A stretch of DNA of 64,000 nucleotides from positions 32,001 to 96,000 of IMG/VR virus record IMGVR_UViG_3300033463_006479. One strand, given 5' to 3'. Numbering within the stretch: position 1 is the first letter of the stretch; each line of letters starts with the position of its first letter. The translations under genes were made by a program, and so were the position numbers. Below the pieces are notes generated by a model. That model worked only from the letters and a program-made list of their open reading frames with translations. It was not told the origin of the DNA and made no database searches. The DNA is from a virus. Lineage: Duplodnaviria > Caudoviricetes. Positions 10,367 through 20,656 of the stretch are shown here, in pieces.

Positions 10367-12169
10367 ATGTATTACAATTCTATTAATGAATCACAAGTTC
10401 TCAACACTTGGGGACAGCACATTAAGGAGAGTTTGGGCATTAACGATGAAAGCAAGTTGGCTTGGATGTCAAAATATGCTTATATGCACGATTTGCACGA
10501 CAAACAAATGTTGAACGAATCCGTGGACGGACACGCTCACCTCAACCCTAATATGACAATCGGCGGAATGGGTCAAATCACATTCCCAGGCGCAACAACC
10601 AACAACACTTACGACCGCTCTTTGGCTGGTTCTGGTGACAATGTTTACAGCGTGCTTCCTTTGGCACTGCAAGTAGCAGCACAGACCATCGCCCTTGACC
10701 TCGTTCCCGTTGTTCCTATGCAGGGACCTCACGGCCTTTTGCAGTACCTCGACTATGTTTACGAAGGTGGCCGTCTGCACAACCAAGGTGGCAGCAAGTA
10801 CACTTCCGAAATCAAGAGCGATGTAATGGGTAACTTCGCATCTCCTTATATGATTAAGGCTATGCTCTTTGACGTTACCGAAGGCGAAGGCAGCGATGCT
10901 CCAAAGCATATGTTTGCTCCTAACGCAAAATACGCCATCAAAGGTCTTGAAGACGATTACGATTTGACTTTCATCTATCCTAACCGTATTGATGGTAAAC
11001 CTTTGTTCCGTGTGATTGAAAAATCCCACTACAATGGCGGACAGAAAATGGTTGGCGGTGAAAACGCTGGTGTTCCTATCTACGTTATCTTCGAAAACCT
11101 CAAAACCACTGAAAACCCAAACGGCAAATACGAACTCGTAGCCCTCGGAACTGGTTCTGACAGCAAAACTCTTACTATCCGCAAATCTGAAGGTTTGCAG
11201 GAAGTTCGTGCTTTTGAAGACCACATCACCTCTTTCAGCGGCGAAGGTTTCTTGAAAGACACCGTTACCTCAAACAATCCTTATACAAGGGAAATGGGCG
11301 AGGCTACTCCTGGCCGTAAGATTGGTTTGAAATCTTACACTCTGGATGTTAAAGCCACCACTTTCCAAGTTGACAGCGCAATCACCCGTGAACAAGTCCA
11401 AGACTTGAAACAGTTTGGTATTGACGCAGTTGCTCAAGCTGAAGCCGCATTGGTTAATGAACTTACCCAATGTATCAACAAGGTCATCCTTGAAAAGATG
11501 TTCAACCTTGGTGCTTTGAACGCTAAACAACTTGAGGAAGTTGAAGGCCGCAACCAAGTTTCCGCTTGGTTCACCAACGGAACTGGTTCTACCCCGACTA
11601 CCAAAATCTGGTTGGGCGACCAAATCAACAAAGAAGGCGAACTGGAAGACAAATATTTCACCGAAGTTCCTTTCACTAACGTGACTGGTGGTGGTGAAGT
11701 TATGGGTACTATCCAAAGACGTGTGATGACCAAAATCATCGCTGCTTCCAACATCATCGCTGTTCGTGGCCGTAGGGGTGCTGGTACTTTCGCTGTCGTA
11801 AGCGGAACTATCGGAACTGCTCTCCAAGACTGCGCTGGTTTCGTTCCTTATCCGTTGAGCAACACAATCTCCGCTAACGGTAACAGCCTTTATCCTATCG
11901 GTGCTCTCGCTGGTATCAGCATTTATGTTGACCCGAATATGGCATTCAACGACACACGTGTTTGCGTTGGTCGTAAGGGTAAAGAGAACGAACCTGGTAT
12001 CGTGTTTATGCCTTATTTGATGGCTGACAAAGTGGAAACCACTTCAGAGTTCACGATGGCTCCTGTCATCAGTCTGAAGAGCCGCTTCGCAGTTGTTGAA
12101 GCAGGTATCTACCCGCAGACCCAGTATTATACCTTCGGTATTAAACTGGAAGGCGTTAGCCTTGTGTAA
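10367..12169 (+). CDS. gp23: Major capsid protein, T4 gp23-like
   Basis: LPLALQVAAQTIALDLVPVVPMQGP, REQVQDLK, YVDP..VGRKG..PGIVFMPY, LKSRFAVV; strong codon bias; late promoter and terminator. Confidence 0.92.
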   Translation: MYYNSINESQVLNTWGQHIKESLGINDESKLAWMSKYAYMHDLHDKQMLNESVDGHAHLNPNMTIGGMGQITFPGATTNNTYDRSLAGSGDNVYSVLPLALQVAAQTIALDLVPVVPMQGPHGLLQYLDYVYEGGRLHNQGGSKYTSEIKSDVMGNFASPYMIKAMLFDVTEGEGSDAPKHMFAPNAKYAIKGLEDDYDLTFIYPNRIDGKPLFRVIEKSHYNGGQKMVGGENAGVPIYVIFENLKTTENPNGKYELVALGTGSDSKTLTIRKSEGLQEVRAFEDHITSFSGEGFLKDTVTSNNPYTREMGEATPGRKIGLKSYTLDVKATTFQVDSAITREQVQDLKQFGIDAVAQAEAALVNELTQCINKVILEKMFNLGALNAKQLEEVEGRNQVSAWFTNGTGSTPTTKIWLGDQINKEGELEDKYFTEVPFTNVTGGGEVMGTIQRRVMTKIIAASNIIAVRGRRGAGTFAVVSGTIGTALQDCAGFVPYPLSNTISANGNSLYPIGALAGISIYVDPNMAFNDTRVCVGRKGKENEPGIVFMPYLMADKVETTSEFTMAPVISLKSRFAVVEAGIYPQTQYYTFGIKLEGVSLV

Positions 12170-12188
12170 CCTTTAATTAGGTTTCAAT

Positions 12189-12221
12189 AAAAAAAGGAGT
12201 TGAGCAATCAACTCCTTTTTT
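12189..12221 (+). terminator. Intrinsic terminator after the capsid gene
   Basis: AAAAAAGGAGTTGA-gcaa-TCAACTCCTTTTTT. Confidence 0.85.
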
Positions 12222-12251
12222 GTTTTATAAATATAGTAACAATTTGTGAAT

Positions 12252-12800
12252 ATGCAAATACTCAAATCTGAAAGTTATATAAGCGAGAAACTCGGTATTA
12301 AACCAGTTACAAAAACAAGGCTGATTGACATAAAGGAAAGTTTTGTTATTGCAACCGACCGTAATATAGAAGATATTTTGAGTAAAGCCATAGAAAAATA
12401 CGGAAACAATGCCGATTTGAATTTCATATTGACACATAAAGTTACTGATATGCATAGTTTGTTCACATATGAATCTGAATTTAATGGCGACATTTCAAAA
12501 TGGGATGTAGGCAACGTGACAAATATGAGTTATATGTTTCGCAGAAGCAAATTCAATGGCGACATTTCCAAATGGGATGTGTCAAATGTGACTTCTATGT
12601 ATGCTATGTTTTGCCAATCAAAATTCAATGGTGATATTTCCAAGTGGAATGTTTCAAATGTTATTGATATGGAACATATGTTTTTTATGTCAGAATTTAA
12701 TGGAAACATATCAGAGTGGAATGTAAACAAATATGCCATTATGAATGAAACGTTTTACAAATCTCCACTTGAAAAAAATCCGCCAGCTTGGTACAAATAA
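12252..12800 (+). CDS. Tagged DUF285 repeat protein
   Basis: MQILKSESYISEKLGIKP; DUF285 repeats; TATAAATA at 12226. Confidence 0.9.
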   Translation: MQILKSESYISEKLGIKPVTKTRLIDIKESFVIATDRNIEDILSKAIEKYGNNADLNFILTHKVTDMHSLFTYESEFNGDISKWDVGNVTNMSYMFRRSKFNGDISKWDVSNVTSMYAMFCQSKFNGDISKWNVSNVIDMEHMFFMSEFNGNISEWNVNKYAIMNETFYKSPLEKNPPAWYK

Positions 12801-12809
12801 TAACTTACT

Positions 12810-13280
12810 ATGAAAATACTAAAATCAGAAAACTATATTTTAGAGAAATTGAGCATACGACCAGTCACCAAGGATATGCTTGCTGGCGTGCCAAAATATA
12901 AAATGTTCAAAACGCCTTATGATATGAAACAGAATTTCAAAACTGGCGACATTGCGATTTTTTCATCTCATATGGGCAATGAATCTGCAATGTTTGTGTC
13001 GTATGATGATTATATGTCAGACAAGTATTCGTTTATTAGAGACGGTTTGCCGCAAAACAAACACGCATTCCCAAATGGCATATTCGTAACAAAGCACTAT
13101 GGTGTTTTGGCGTTGTATTGTTGTCTTTCTGACTGCGATGACAATCTCATTTGTAGCAATTATGAGATAACGAAAGTTTACAGAAGACATAATATGACAA
13201 AACCATTTAAAAAGAGCGATTTTTTAGACCATAATTATGACAATACAACTTTGATATACGAAACAGACTACGAAGAATAA
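12810..13280 (+). CDS. Tagged protein with domain X
   Basis: Tag + FKTGDIAIF...FVSYDDY. Confidence 0.8.
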   Translation: MKILKSENYILEKLSIRPVTKDMLAGVPKYKMFKTPYDMKQNFKTGDIAIFSSHMGNESAMFVSYDDYMSDKYSFIRDGLPQNKHAFPNGIFVTKHYGVLALYCCLSDCDDNLICSNYEITKVYRRHNMTKPFKKSDFLDHNYDNTTLIYETDYEE

Positions 13281-13285
13281 TAGTT

Positions 13286-13831
13286 ATGAAAATACTAAAA
13301 TCAGATAAATACATAAACGAGAAACTCGGCATCAAACCAGTTACAAAAACAAGGCTGATTGACATAAAGGAAACATCTGTCGTGGCTACAGATGACACAT
13401 TGCTTGGCATTATTTTTGATGCCATAGAAACATATGGTTATGAAGGTGACTTCAACTTTATACAGACATATAAAGTTACCAGTATGAGCAACTTGTTTGA
13501 ATCTTCGGAGTTTAACGGGGACATTTCAAAATGGGATGTCAGCAACGTGACCAATATGAGCGAAATGTTTGAGGATTCAAAATTCAATAGGGACATTTCA
13601 AAATGGGATGTTTCCAATGTGCGTTTTATGGACTATATGTTCCAAGGGTCTGCATTTAACGGAGACATATCAAGATGGAATGTGTGTAATGTGAAAGATA
13701 TGAGTTATATGTTCACCGATTCAAATTTCAATGGGGATTTGACCTTGTGGAATGTGGGTAAAGATGTTCCTAAAGAATATATGTTTAGCCATTGCCCGCT
13801 TGGAAAAAATCCGCCAGCTTGGTACAAATAA
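13286..13831 (+). CDS. Tagged DUF285 repeat protein
   Basis: Close paralog of 12252-12800. Confidence 0.9.
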   Translation: MKILKSDKYINEKLGIKPVTKTRLIDIKETSVVATDDTLLGIIFDAIETYGYEGDFNFIQTYKVTSMSNLFESSEFNGDISKWDVSNVTNMSEMFEDSKFNRDISKWDVSNVRFMDYMFQGSAFNGDISRWNVCNVKDMSYMFTDSNFNGDLTLWNVGKDVPKEYMFSHCPLGKNPPAWYK

Positions 13832-14516
13832 TAACTTGCTATGAAAATATACAAATCCGAAAATTATATAAGCGAAAAACTCGGCATTAAGCCAATATCA
13901 AAAACAAGACTTGGCAAAATTCTGTATGTTGATACGTATAAAAGCGCAGCCGATATGCGTAGCAATCTTCAAACTGGCGATATTGTTGTGATTGGAAATG
14001 AAGATGAAAACATACAAGGGACATACATATCATACAATGATATAAAAAGCGGCGTGTATGATAGTTACTTTCATTTCATAAAAAGAATTTCTGAACTGCC
14101 AAACAGCGAAATTGCTGAAGGCTTGTTTGTTTTTTGGGAGAAAGAGGGGTTTTATACAAAAATTTCAGTACAAGAATTTGATGCTGACCTTAAAAAATAT
14201 AATACATTCAGAATTATGTATGTTTATAGGTTGCCTCTGCTTTTACAAAAACCATTACCAGAAGAGTTCTTTAAAACCAACCATATTCCGAAAGCAAAAC
14301 TGATTTGGAGTTACAACGGAAAATCGGTTAATGAGAAACTTGACATACAGCCAGTTACGAGGGAACGTCTTGGCGACATAAAAGACGGAATGTATGTTAT
14401 AACTGGATGTGTTGTTGAGTGGGATAACAACAGAAGTTGATAAACCTATTCAAAAGTAGTCAAAAATGTTCAAAAGTAACCCGTATAAATATATAAAGTT
14501 CGTGATATTTATTATT

Positions 14517-14620
14517 AGAATGTTGGTGGCACGGCATTCTGAATCAATAGAGATATATTAGAGGTCTTAACCTTGTTGACTCGTGCCACATTAAGTCGCA
14601 AAGTTATCACCTCTTTTTTT
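14517..14620 (+). ncRNA. Predicted two-hairpin kissing-loop RNA leader upstream of tnpB
   Basis: Loop GTGGCACG (14526-33) is complementary to loop CGTGCCAC (14582-89); covaries with the copy at 38479-38585. Confidence 0.65.
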
Positions 14621-14628
14621 ATTGGAAT

Positions 14629-16266
14629 ATGGTCATCGAGAGCAAATACACGAAAACCTTCAAGTCAAACGACTTAACCCGTCAGAAATATGACGAGTTG
14701 TATGCGTTTGCACTTATGCTACGTGACCATAAAAACCTTGTTTCCGAAAATGTGAACTCAAACCTTGAAAAGTACCTTGAATATTCCAAACTTGACTTCT
14801 TGAAGGAGATGAGGGCAAGATACAAGGATGTCATTCCAAGTTCGTTTTATTATGAGTTGTATTCACAAGTCTTTGCTTGCTACCAGAATAAGTTTGAAGC
14901 AATCCGCAAGCATCTTGACTTTGAAGTTGTAAGATTTGTCGGTTTTGACTTCTACAAGCGTGACACCAAGAAGAACAAGAAAGGAGACTTGAAGAAGGTT
15001 GTGACAGAGAAGAACAAAACACCTCTGTCAATTTGTCTGACCTACCTTGCGAGATATGGAAACGAGAACACACTTGAATACATAGCCAAGCAGTTAGAGA
15101 CCTGCGATGACAAGAAACGTGACTTCTACAACAATATCATCCGTTGCTGTGACAAGTTCGGTTTTGAACGTCTGCTTGGACTTGCTTTGCGGAAACGTAA
15201 CAGAATCATCAAGCGTTATTCAGAGCATCCGATAGGGTTCAAATCGCTTTCATTTGGCGGTCGTTGCAGGAAAACGAGAATCATTGACTACAACAAGAAG
15301 TTCGGTTCGGTCATCAACTCCTTTGTCAGTCTGTCGGGAATCGGGAGGAAGTCGTTTGACATTCCAGTGAAGTTCAACAAGGACTGGCACGGAAGTATGA
15401 AGGACTACCGCAAATCCAACCCCGACTACGAGTATGTCCTTACGTTTAACGAGAAACGACATCAAGTGAACATCAACTTGTGCAAGGACGGTCAGAGATA
15501 CATCCCAGAAGCAGGAGACAACGTGGTCGGCATTGACGTGAACTGTAAACACAATCTTTTCAGTCTGTCAAACGATACAAGTTATGATTATAACCGCAAG
15601 TTAGTCAATGACTTCTGCAAACTCTCGTTGGAGGTTGACGAACTGAAGAAAGACAAGAACTATGTTGTAGGAAAAAGAAAAAAGCGGAAACTTGACACCT
15701 TGAAGATGAAGATGCTGAAATCAGAGCAGCAACTCATATCAAGGATGTGCAAAGAACTTATGGCTGACGGAGTGAACCACATTGTTATGGAAGACCTTGA
15801 CAACGGATTCGGAAGGTGCTATGTCAAGGACAAGGGCAACGAGGATATAAACTACAACCGAAAGGTGAAGTTCCTTGGATTGAGTTCACTGAAAGATGAG
15901 GTTGAACACATTGCAAGGAAGTACGGCATCGCTTTGTCAACCGTGCAAGCGAGTTACACAAGCAAGATGTGCCCGATTTGCGGTTGCATTGCAGACGAGA
16001 ACCGACCTAACCAAGAGACATTTGAATGCGTTGAATGCGGACATAAGGACAATGCCGACCACAACGCATCGGTCAATATAAAGAACAGAGTGACCGTAAC
16101 CGTGTTGCGGGAGCAACTCTTAAAACGACTTGGCAACGGCGCATACGAACCTCGCAAATTAAAGCGAGAGAAGGTGAAGTATGTGCTGCTGTCGTTCCGA
16201 AGAGACTTGCAGAAAGCAAGTGGTGAACGTGGTGAAAGTGATATGACTACTTTTGACTATGTTTAG
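14629..16266 (+). CDS. tnpB: Large TnpB-family RNA-guided nuclease (545 aa)
   Basis: RuvC motifs VVGIDVN, IVMEDL, NADHNASVNI; Zn ribbon YTSKMCPICG..FECVECG. Confidence 0.9.
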   Translation: MVIESKYTKTFKSNDLTRQKYDELYAFALMLRDHKNLVSENVNSNLEKYLEYSKLDFLKEMRARYKDVIPSSFYYELYSQVFACYQNKFEAIRKHLDFEVVRFVGFDFYKRDTKKNKKGDLKKVVTEKNKTPLSICLTYLARYGNENTLEYIAKQLETCDDKKRDFYNNIIRCCDKFGFERLLGLALRKRNRIIKRYSEHPIGFKSLSFGGRCRKTRIIDYNKKFGSVINSFVSLSGIGRKSFDIPVKFNKDWHGSMKDYRKSNPDYEYVLTFNEKRHQVNINLCKDGQRYIPEAGDNVVGIDVNCKHNLFSLSNDTSYDYNRKLVNDFCKLSLEVDELKKDKNYVVGKRKKRKLDTLKMKMLKSEQQLISRMCKELMADGVNHIVMEDLDNGFGRCYVKDKGNEDINYNRKVKFLGLSSLKDEVEHIARKYGIALSTVQASYTSKMCPICGCIADENRPNQETFECVECGHKDNADHNASVNIKNRVTVTVLREQLLKRLGNGAYEPRKLKREKVKYVLLSFRRDLQKASGERGESDMTTFDYV

Positions 16267-16436
16267 TTCTTCGGATTTAGAGATGCTACAGAAAAAGAAT
16301 TTGATGATTTCTTTGATGGAAAACGCACACTAACAAATGTGTGCTATTATGTTGATATAACCAAAGGCGGTATGCGTGAAAATTTAAGCAGTGAAATGAA
16401 GCAACTGCGTAAGAAATACAATAGCATTTAATAAGC

Positions 16437-16469
16437 AAAAACGCCATTCGCTCTACAAGTGAATGGCGT
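16437..16469. terminator. Hairpin terminator between convergent genes
   Basis: ACGCCATTCGCT-ctaca-AGTGAATGGCGT with a flanking A tract. Confidence 0.65.
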
Positions 16470-16496
16470 GTATAATATCACTATATTCCACACTCT

Positions 16497-17684
16497 TTAT
16501 GTGATGATGAAGCGGTAGTGCGGTGTTACCTTGACGGAGAACTCCGCAGCGAAAATGCTTCTGGCGTGTACCGACTTGAAACCATCGGTCAATGTTATAT
16601 CGTAGTGGATAACGTCTGGATATATGGTTTCAACCTTGAGATTGTTCTCGTCCATATTCATTCGTCTTACCTTTTCTGCGATATGTTCCATATCGTGCTT
16701 GTATTTGGTTTCAGCGTTTTTTACCACCTCATCAACATACTTGCGCTTGTTCCACTGGTAATGGTTTGCCAGCACTTGCGTTTCTGTCTGCGTGCGTAAA
16801 GCCAGTTCTGATGGAAGGTCGGCATACAACTCTCTATTCCGCAGGTCTTCGTTATGCCGCCAAGCATACAGCCAATCCTCTTTCTTTCTGACTGGCTTGG
16901 CCTCAATCAAAGTATTAAAAATTACTGATTTCTTTTTAGGAATATACTCCGTTGAAATCGGTGAAAAACTATATCCGACTTTCTTGATTCTGCGGTAAAC
17001 TTCTGACACGCCGTCCCTCGGATGCTCCTTGCTCTCATATATGGCCGCAACCCTATCTCTATCAAGCGTGCCGAAGAAACTCATAAAATCGTATATGTCA
17101 AAATCCTTAAACTGCTTGAACGTATCAAATCGCTTGTCAGCCCATACCCTTACCTGCTCTATGTATCTGTCGTGAAAATCCTTTGTTTCGGAAAACAGAA
17201 TGGATAGCAGGTTGGTATATCTGCGGTCATTTGCATTTTTGTCCTTGTTGATAAGGCCGAACACATATTTGTCAAACGAGTTCTTCGCCCGTGTCCAGTA
17301 ATCGCTTCGTCTGCCATTGAATATAAGCTCTCCAGCTTTTTTGAGTATGAACTCGAACCAAGGAACGCTTTCACCTTCCAACGCTTTTTTTAGCGTAACG
17401 GATGTTGTCGGTGCGTCAAAACACCTCCACCACCAGAGGAAGTCCTCGTCCGTGTATTCTTCTGGTTTTTTGGATTTATGCACCTCGTTACCGATGAGGT
17501 AGATTGCTTTTTTGATTTCAGAAATCTTATTGGATTCTATGCCGTATTTATCGGCAATCAGTCTTTTCTCCGCCTTTGTATAGGCATTATCAACGGCTTT
17601 CAAATCCTGCTTGGCTGCTTCGTAATCAAATCCGTTCACAACAGATTCATTGATAAATTCACCGAAAGTCTTTATGTTCTCCAT
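16497..17684 (-). CDS. Hypothetical protein with T4 internal-protein-like N-terminus (MENIKTFGEFINE)
   Basis: 395-aa ORF; N-terminus resembles the T4 capsid-targeting sequence MKTYQEFIAE. Confidence 0.75.
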   Translation of the reverse strand: MENIKTFGEFINESVVNGFDYEAAKQDLKAVDNAYTKAEKRLIADKYGIESNKISEIKKAIYLIGNEVHKSKKPEEYTDEDFLWWWRCFDAPTTSVTLKKALEGESVPWFEFILKKAGELIFNGRRSDYWTRAKNSFDKYVFGLINKDKNANDRRYTNLLSILFSETKDFHDRYIEQVRVWADKRFDTFKQFKDFDIYDFMSFFGTLDRDRVAAIYESKEHPRDGVSEVYRRIKKVGYSFSPISTEYIPKKKSVIFNTLIEAKPVRKKEDWLYAWRHNEDLRNRELYADLPSELALRTQTETQVLANHYQWNKRKYVDEVVKNAETKYKHDMEHIAEKVRRMNMDENNLKVETIYPDVIHYDITLTDGFKSVHARSIFAAEFSVKVTPHYRFIIT

Positions 17685-17725
17685 AGCGATATGTTTTATT
17701 TATTTATGCCGTTTCAAAAACAATG

Positions 17726-17793
17726 CAAAGATACAAAAATATCTGGTATGATAAGGTGTGTGAATGAAATAGTTATCAACAAAATTATCAACA
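17726..17793 (-). promoter_or_regulatory. Bacteroidetes-type promoter (TATCTTTG) with tandem TTATCAACA boxes
   Basis: Same layout and spacing at 51966-52033 and 62785-62852. Confidence 0.7.
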
Positions 17794-17824
17794 TTGTTAT
17801 AAATATATAAACATAAATTGTGCT

Positions 17825-18715
17825 ATGGAAATACTGAAAACAGAACAATACATAAACGAGAAATTGGATATTCTTCCAGTCACAAAGGACAGACTTTCCA
17901 AAATGAAAGAATTGGTTTCTGTTGATGAAAAAACAAGGCGATTTATAGAAGAAAACAACTTGGTTTGGAATCCAGTCACAATGAGTTATGATTGTAAAGA
18001 TGATGTTCAAGTATCAGAGGATATAGTAATTAACGGAAAACTCAAAATAATATTCGGGAAAGTCAGTGGGGATTTTGATTGCCGTGATAATAATCTGACC
18101 ACCCTTGAGTGTGTGCCGAAGGAAGTGGGCGGAAGTTTTTATTGCAGTTATAATAATCTGACTACGCTTGAATGCGCACCGAAAGAAGTTGGTGGGTATT
18201 TTGATTGCAGTAACAATAATCTGACTACACTTGAAGGTGTACCGAATGTGGTTGGTAAGAATTTTGATTGTGGTAGAAATAATCTGACCACCCTTAACGG
18301 AGCACCACAAGAAGTTGGCGGGAGTTTTTATTGCAGTGGAAATGAACTGACTACACTTGAAGGAGCACCGCAGGAAGTGGGTGGTTTTTATTGCAGTTGT
18401 AATAGTCTGACTTCCCTTGAAGGTGCACCGAAAAAGGTTGGTGGGTGTTTTTATTGCAGTTTTAATTATCTGACCACGCTTGAAGGAGCACCAAAGGAAA
18501 TTGGCGAAGATTTTAAATGCAATGATAATGAACTGATTTCCCTTGAAGGCGCACCACAGAGAGTCGGCGGTGGTTTTGATTGTAGTGGCAATAAACTGAT
18601 TTCCCTTGAAGGCGCACCACAGAAAGTCGGTAGGGATTTTAAATGCAGTGATAACCCAAATCTTGTTTTATCAGAAGAAAAACCAAGCTGGGTGAAGGGG
18701 AATTTTATAAGATAA
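17825..18715 (+). CDS. Tagged LRR protein
   Basis: Tag + 22-aa repeats. Confidence 0.9.
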   Translation: MEILKTEQYINEKLDILPVTKDRLSKMKELVSVDEKTRRFIEENNLVWNPVTMSYDCKDDVQVSEDIVINGKLKIIFGKVSGDFDCRDNNLTTLECVPKEVGGSFYCSYNNLTTLECAPKEVGGYFDCSNNNLTTLEGVPNVVGKNFDCGRNNLTTLNGAPQEVGGSFYCSGNELTTLEGAPQEVGGFYCSCNSLTSLEGAPKKVGGCFYCSFNYLTTLEGAPKEIGEDFKCNDNELISLEGAPQRVGGGFDCSGNKLISLEGAPQKVGRDFKCSDNPNLVLSEEKPSWVKGNFIR

Positions 18716-18724
18716 ATCAAAATT

Positions 18725-19240
18725 ATGGAAATACTTAAATCAGAGCAATACATAAGCGAGAAACTGACCATACAGCCAGTAACAAAGGACAGACTTTCCA
18801 AAATGAAAGAAGAACCTTCTGCTGATGAAAAAGCAAGACAATTCATAGAAGACAACAACTTGGTTTGGAATCCCAAAACAATGTGTTATGACTGTGAAGG
18901 TAATATTAAAGTATCAGATGATATAGTCGCTGGAGGAAAACTTAAAATAAGATTTGGAAAAGTTAGTGGGTATTTTTATTGCAGTGATAATAATCTTACC
19001 ACACTTGAAGGAGCACCGAATAAAGTGGTCGGAAGTTTTTATTGCAGTAACAACAAACTAACCACTCTTGATGGCGCACCGCAATATGTTGAAGGAAGTT
19101 TTACTTGTAATGACAATAATTTGGTATCTCTTGAAGGCGCACCGAATGAAGTGTGTGGAAATTTTTGTTGCTATAATAATCCGAATCTGGTTTTGCCAAA
19201 AGAGAAACCGAGCTGGGTGAAAGGGGAAATAATACGTTAA
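18725..19240 (+). CDS. Tagged LRR protein
   Basis: Tag + 22-aa repeats. Confidence 0.9.
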   Translation: MEILKSEQYISEKLTIQPVTKDRLSKMKEEPSADEKARQFIEDNNLVWNPKTMCYDCEGNIKVSDDIVAGGKLKIRFGKVSGYFYCSDNNLTTLEGAPNKVVGSFYCSNNKLTTLDGAPQYVEGSFTCNDNNLVSLEGAPNEVCGNFCCYNNPNLVLPKEKPSWVKGEIIR

Positions 19241-19243
19241 ACT

Positions 19244-19885
19244 ATGAGAATATTAAAAACCGAACAATATATAAACGAGAAACTGCTAATCAAACCAGTC
19301 ACAAAGAATATGCTTGCCAAAATGAAAGAAGAGCCTTCTGCTGATGAAAAAGTAAGGCAATTTATAGAAGAAAACAACTTGGTTTGGAATCCAAAAACAA
19401 TGAGCTATGACTGTGTGGGTGATGTTAGAGTATCAGAGGATATAGTAATTGACGGAAAACTCAAAATAAGATTCGGGAAAGTCAATGGATATTTTGATTG
19501 CAGTAACAATAATCTGACCACGCTTGAAGGCTCACCGAATGAAGTGGTCGGAAGTTTTTATTGTGATAATAATAATCTTACCACTCTTGATGGCGCACCG
19601 AATAAAGTGGGCAGAGATTTTGATTGCAGTTATGACAAACTGACCTCGCTTGAAGGCGCACCGAATAAAGTGGGCAGGGATTTTGATTGCAGTTCTAATA
19701 ATCTGACTACGCTTGAAGGCGCACCGAATAAAGTGGGCAGGGATTTTTATTGCGGTTATAATGAACTTACCTCGCTTGAAGGCGCACCACAAGAAGTCGG
19801 TGGGGATTTTAATTGCATTTATAATCCAAACCTTATTTTACCAGAAGGGAAACCGAGCTGGCTGAAAGGGGAAATAATAAATTAA
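19244..19885 (+). CDS. Tagged LRR protein
   Basis: Tag + 22-aa repeats. Confidence 0.9.
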   Translation: MRILKTEQYINEKLLIKPVTKNMLAKMKEEPSADEKVRQFIEENNLVWNPKTMSYDCVGDVRVSEDIVIDGKLKIRFGKVNGYFDCSNNNLTTLEGSPNEVVGSFYCDNNNLTTLDGAPNKVGRDFDCSYDKLTSLEGAPNKVGRDFDCSSNNLTTLEGAPNKVGRDFYCGYNELTSLEGAPQEVGGDFNCIYNPNLILPEGKPSWLKGEIIN

Positions 19886-19888
19886 GTG

Positions 19889-20653
19889 ATGAAAATACTG
19901 GATTCAAACGAATACATTGGCGAAAAACTGGTAATCAAACCAGTTACAAAGGATATGCTTTCCGATTATAAAAATCTATCTGTTGACGAAACCACAAGTC
20001 AATTCATAGAAGAAAACAATCTTATATGGAATCCAATCACAAAAAGTTATGACTGTGGTGGTAATGTTATCGTATCAGAAGATATGGTCATTGACGGAAA
20101 ACTGAAAATAAAATTCGGAAAGGTCGGCGGGGAGTTTCTTTGCTTTAACAAACAACTGACCACGCTTGAAAACTCACCGAATGAAGTCGGAGGTGAGTTT
20201 GATTGCAGTAACAATGGACTGACTTCACTTGAAGGCGCACCGAAAAAAATTGGTGGACATTTTGATTGCAGTTTTAATAATCTGACCACACTTGAGGGAG
20301 CACCGCAGGAAGTCAGCGGAGGTTTTTATTTATATGATAATCATTTGACCTCGCTTGAAGGAGCACCACAGAAAGTTGGCGGAGATTTTAGTTGCAGTTC
20401 TAATAATCTTACAACGCTTGAAGGCTCACCGCAGAAAGTGAGTGGAGATTTCAATTGCAGTGGTAATGAACTGACCACCCTTGAAGGCGCACCGAAGGAA
20501 GTTGGTGGAAATTTTAATTGCAGTTATAATGAATTGACCACCCTTGATGGCGCACCACAGAAAGTTGGTGGAAATTTTGTTTGCAGTGATAACCCAAACC
20601 TTGTTTTACCAAAAAGAAAACCGAGCTGGTTGAAAGGAAAAATAATCAGTTAA
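19889..20653 (+). CDS. Tagged LRR protein
   Basis: Tag + 22-aa repeats. Confidence 0.9.
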   Translation: MKILDSNEYIGEKLVIKPVTKDMLSDYKNLSVDETTSQFIEENNLIWNPITKSYDCGGNVIVSEDMVIDGKLKIKFGKVGGEFLCFNKQLTTLENSPNEVGGEFDCSNNGLTSLEGAPKKIGGHFDCSFNNLTTLEGAPQEVSGGFYLYDNHLTSLEGAPQKVGGDFSCSSNNLTTLEGSPQKVSGDFNCSGNELTTLEGAPKEVGGNFNCSYNELTTLDGAPQKVGGNFVCSDNPNLVLPKRKPSWLKGKIIS

Positions 20654-20656
20654 GAT

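Larger units (their letters stand above)
14438..16266 (+). mobile_element. tnpB-only insertion element 1 with 22-bp imperfect TIRs
   Basis: TAAACCTATTCAAAAGTAGTCA (14441) vs reverse complement of right end TAAACATAGTCAAAAGTAGTCA; TCAAAA motifs at ~10-11 bp spacing in the left end; no transposase. Confidence 0.8.
13841..16431 (+). pseudogene. Tag-X-tag-unknown gene split by a tnpB element (parts 13841-14437 and 16267-16431)
   Basis: Removing 14438-16266 joins ...WDNNRS to FFGFRDATEKEFDDFFDG...KYNSI* in frame (253 aa). Confidence 0.7.

Noticed and set aside
14438-14628. Canonical IStron (group I intron plus tnpB)
   Set aside because: Only about 70-200 nt lie before each tnpB and I cannot see a group I catalytic core; kept only as an open splicing question
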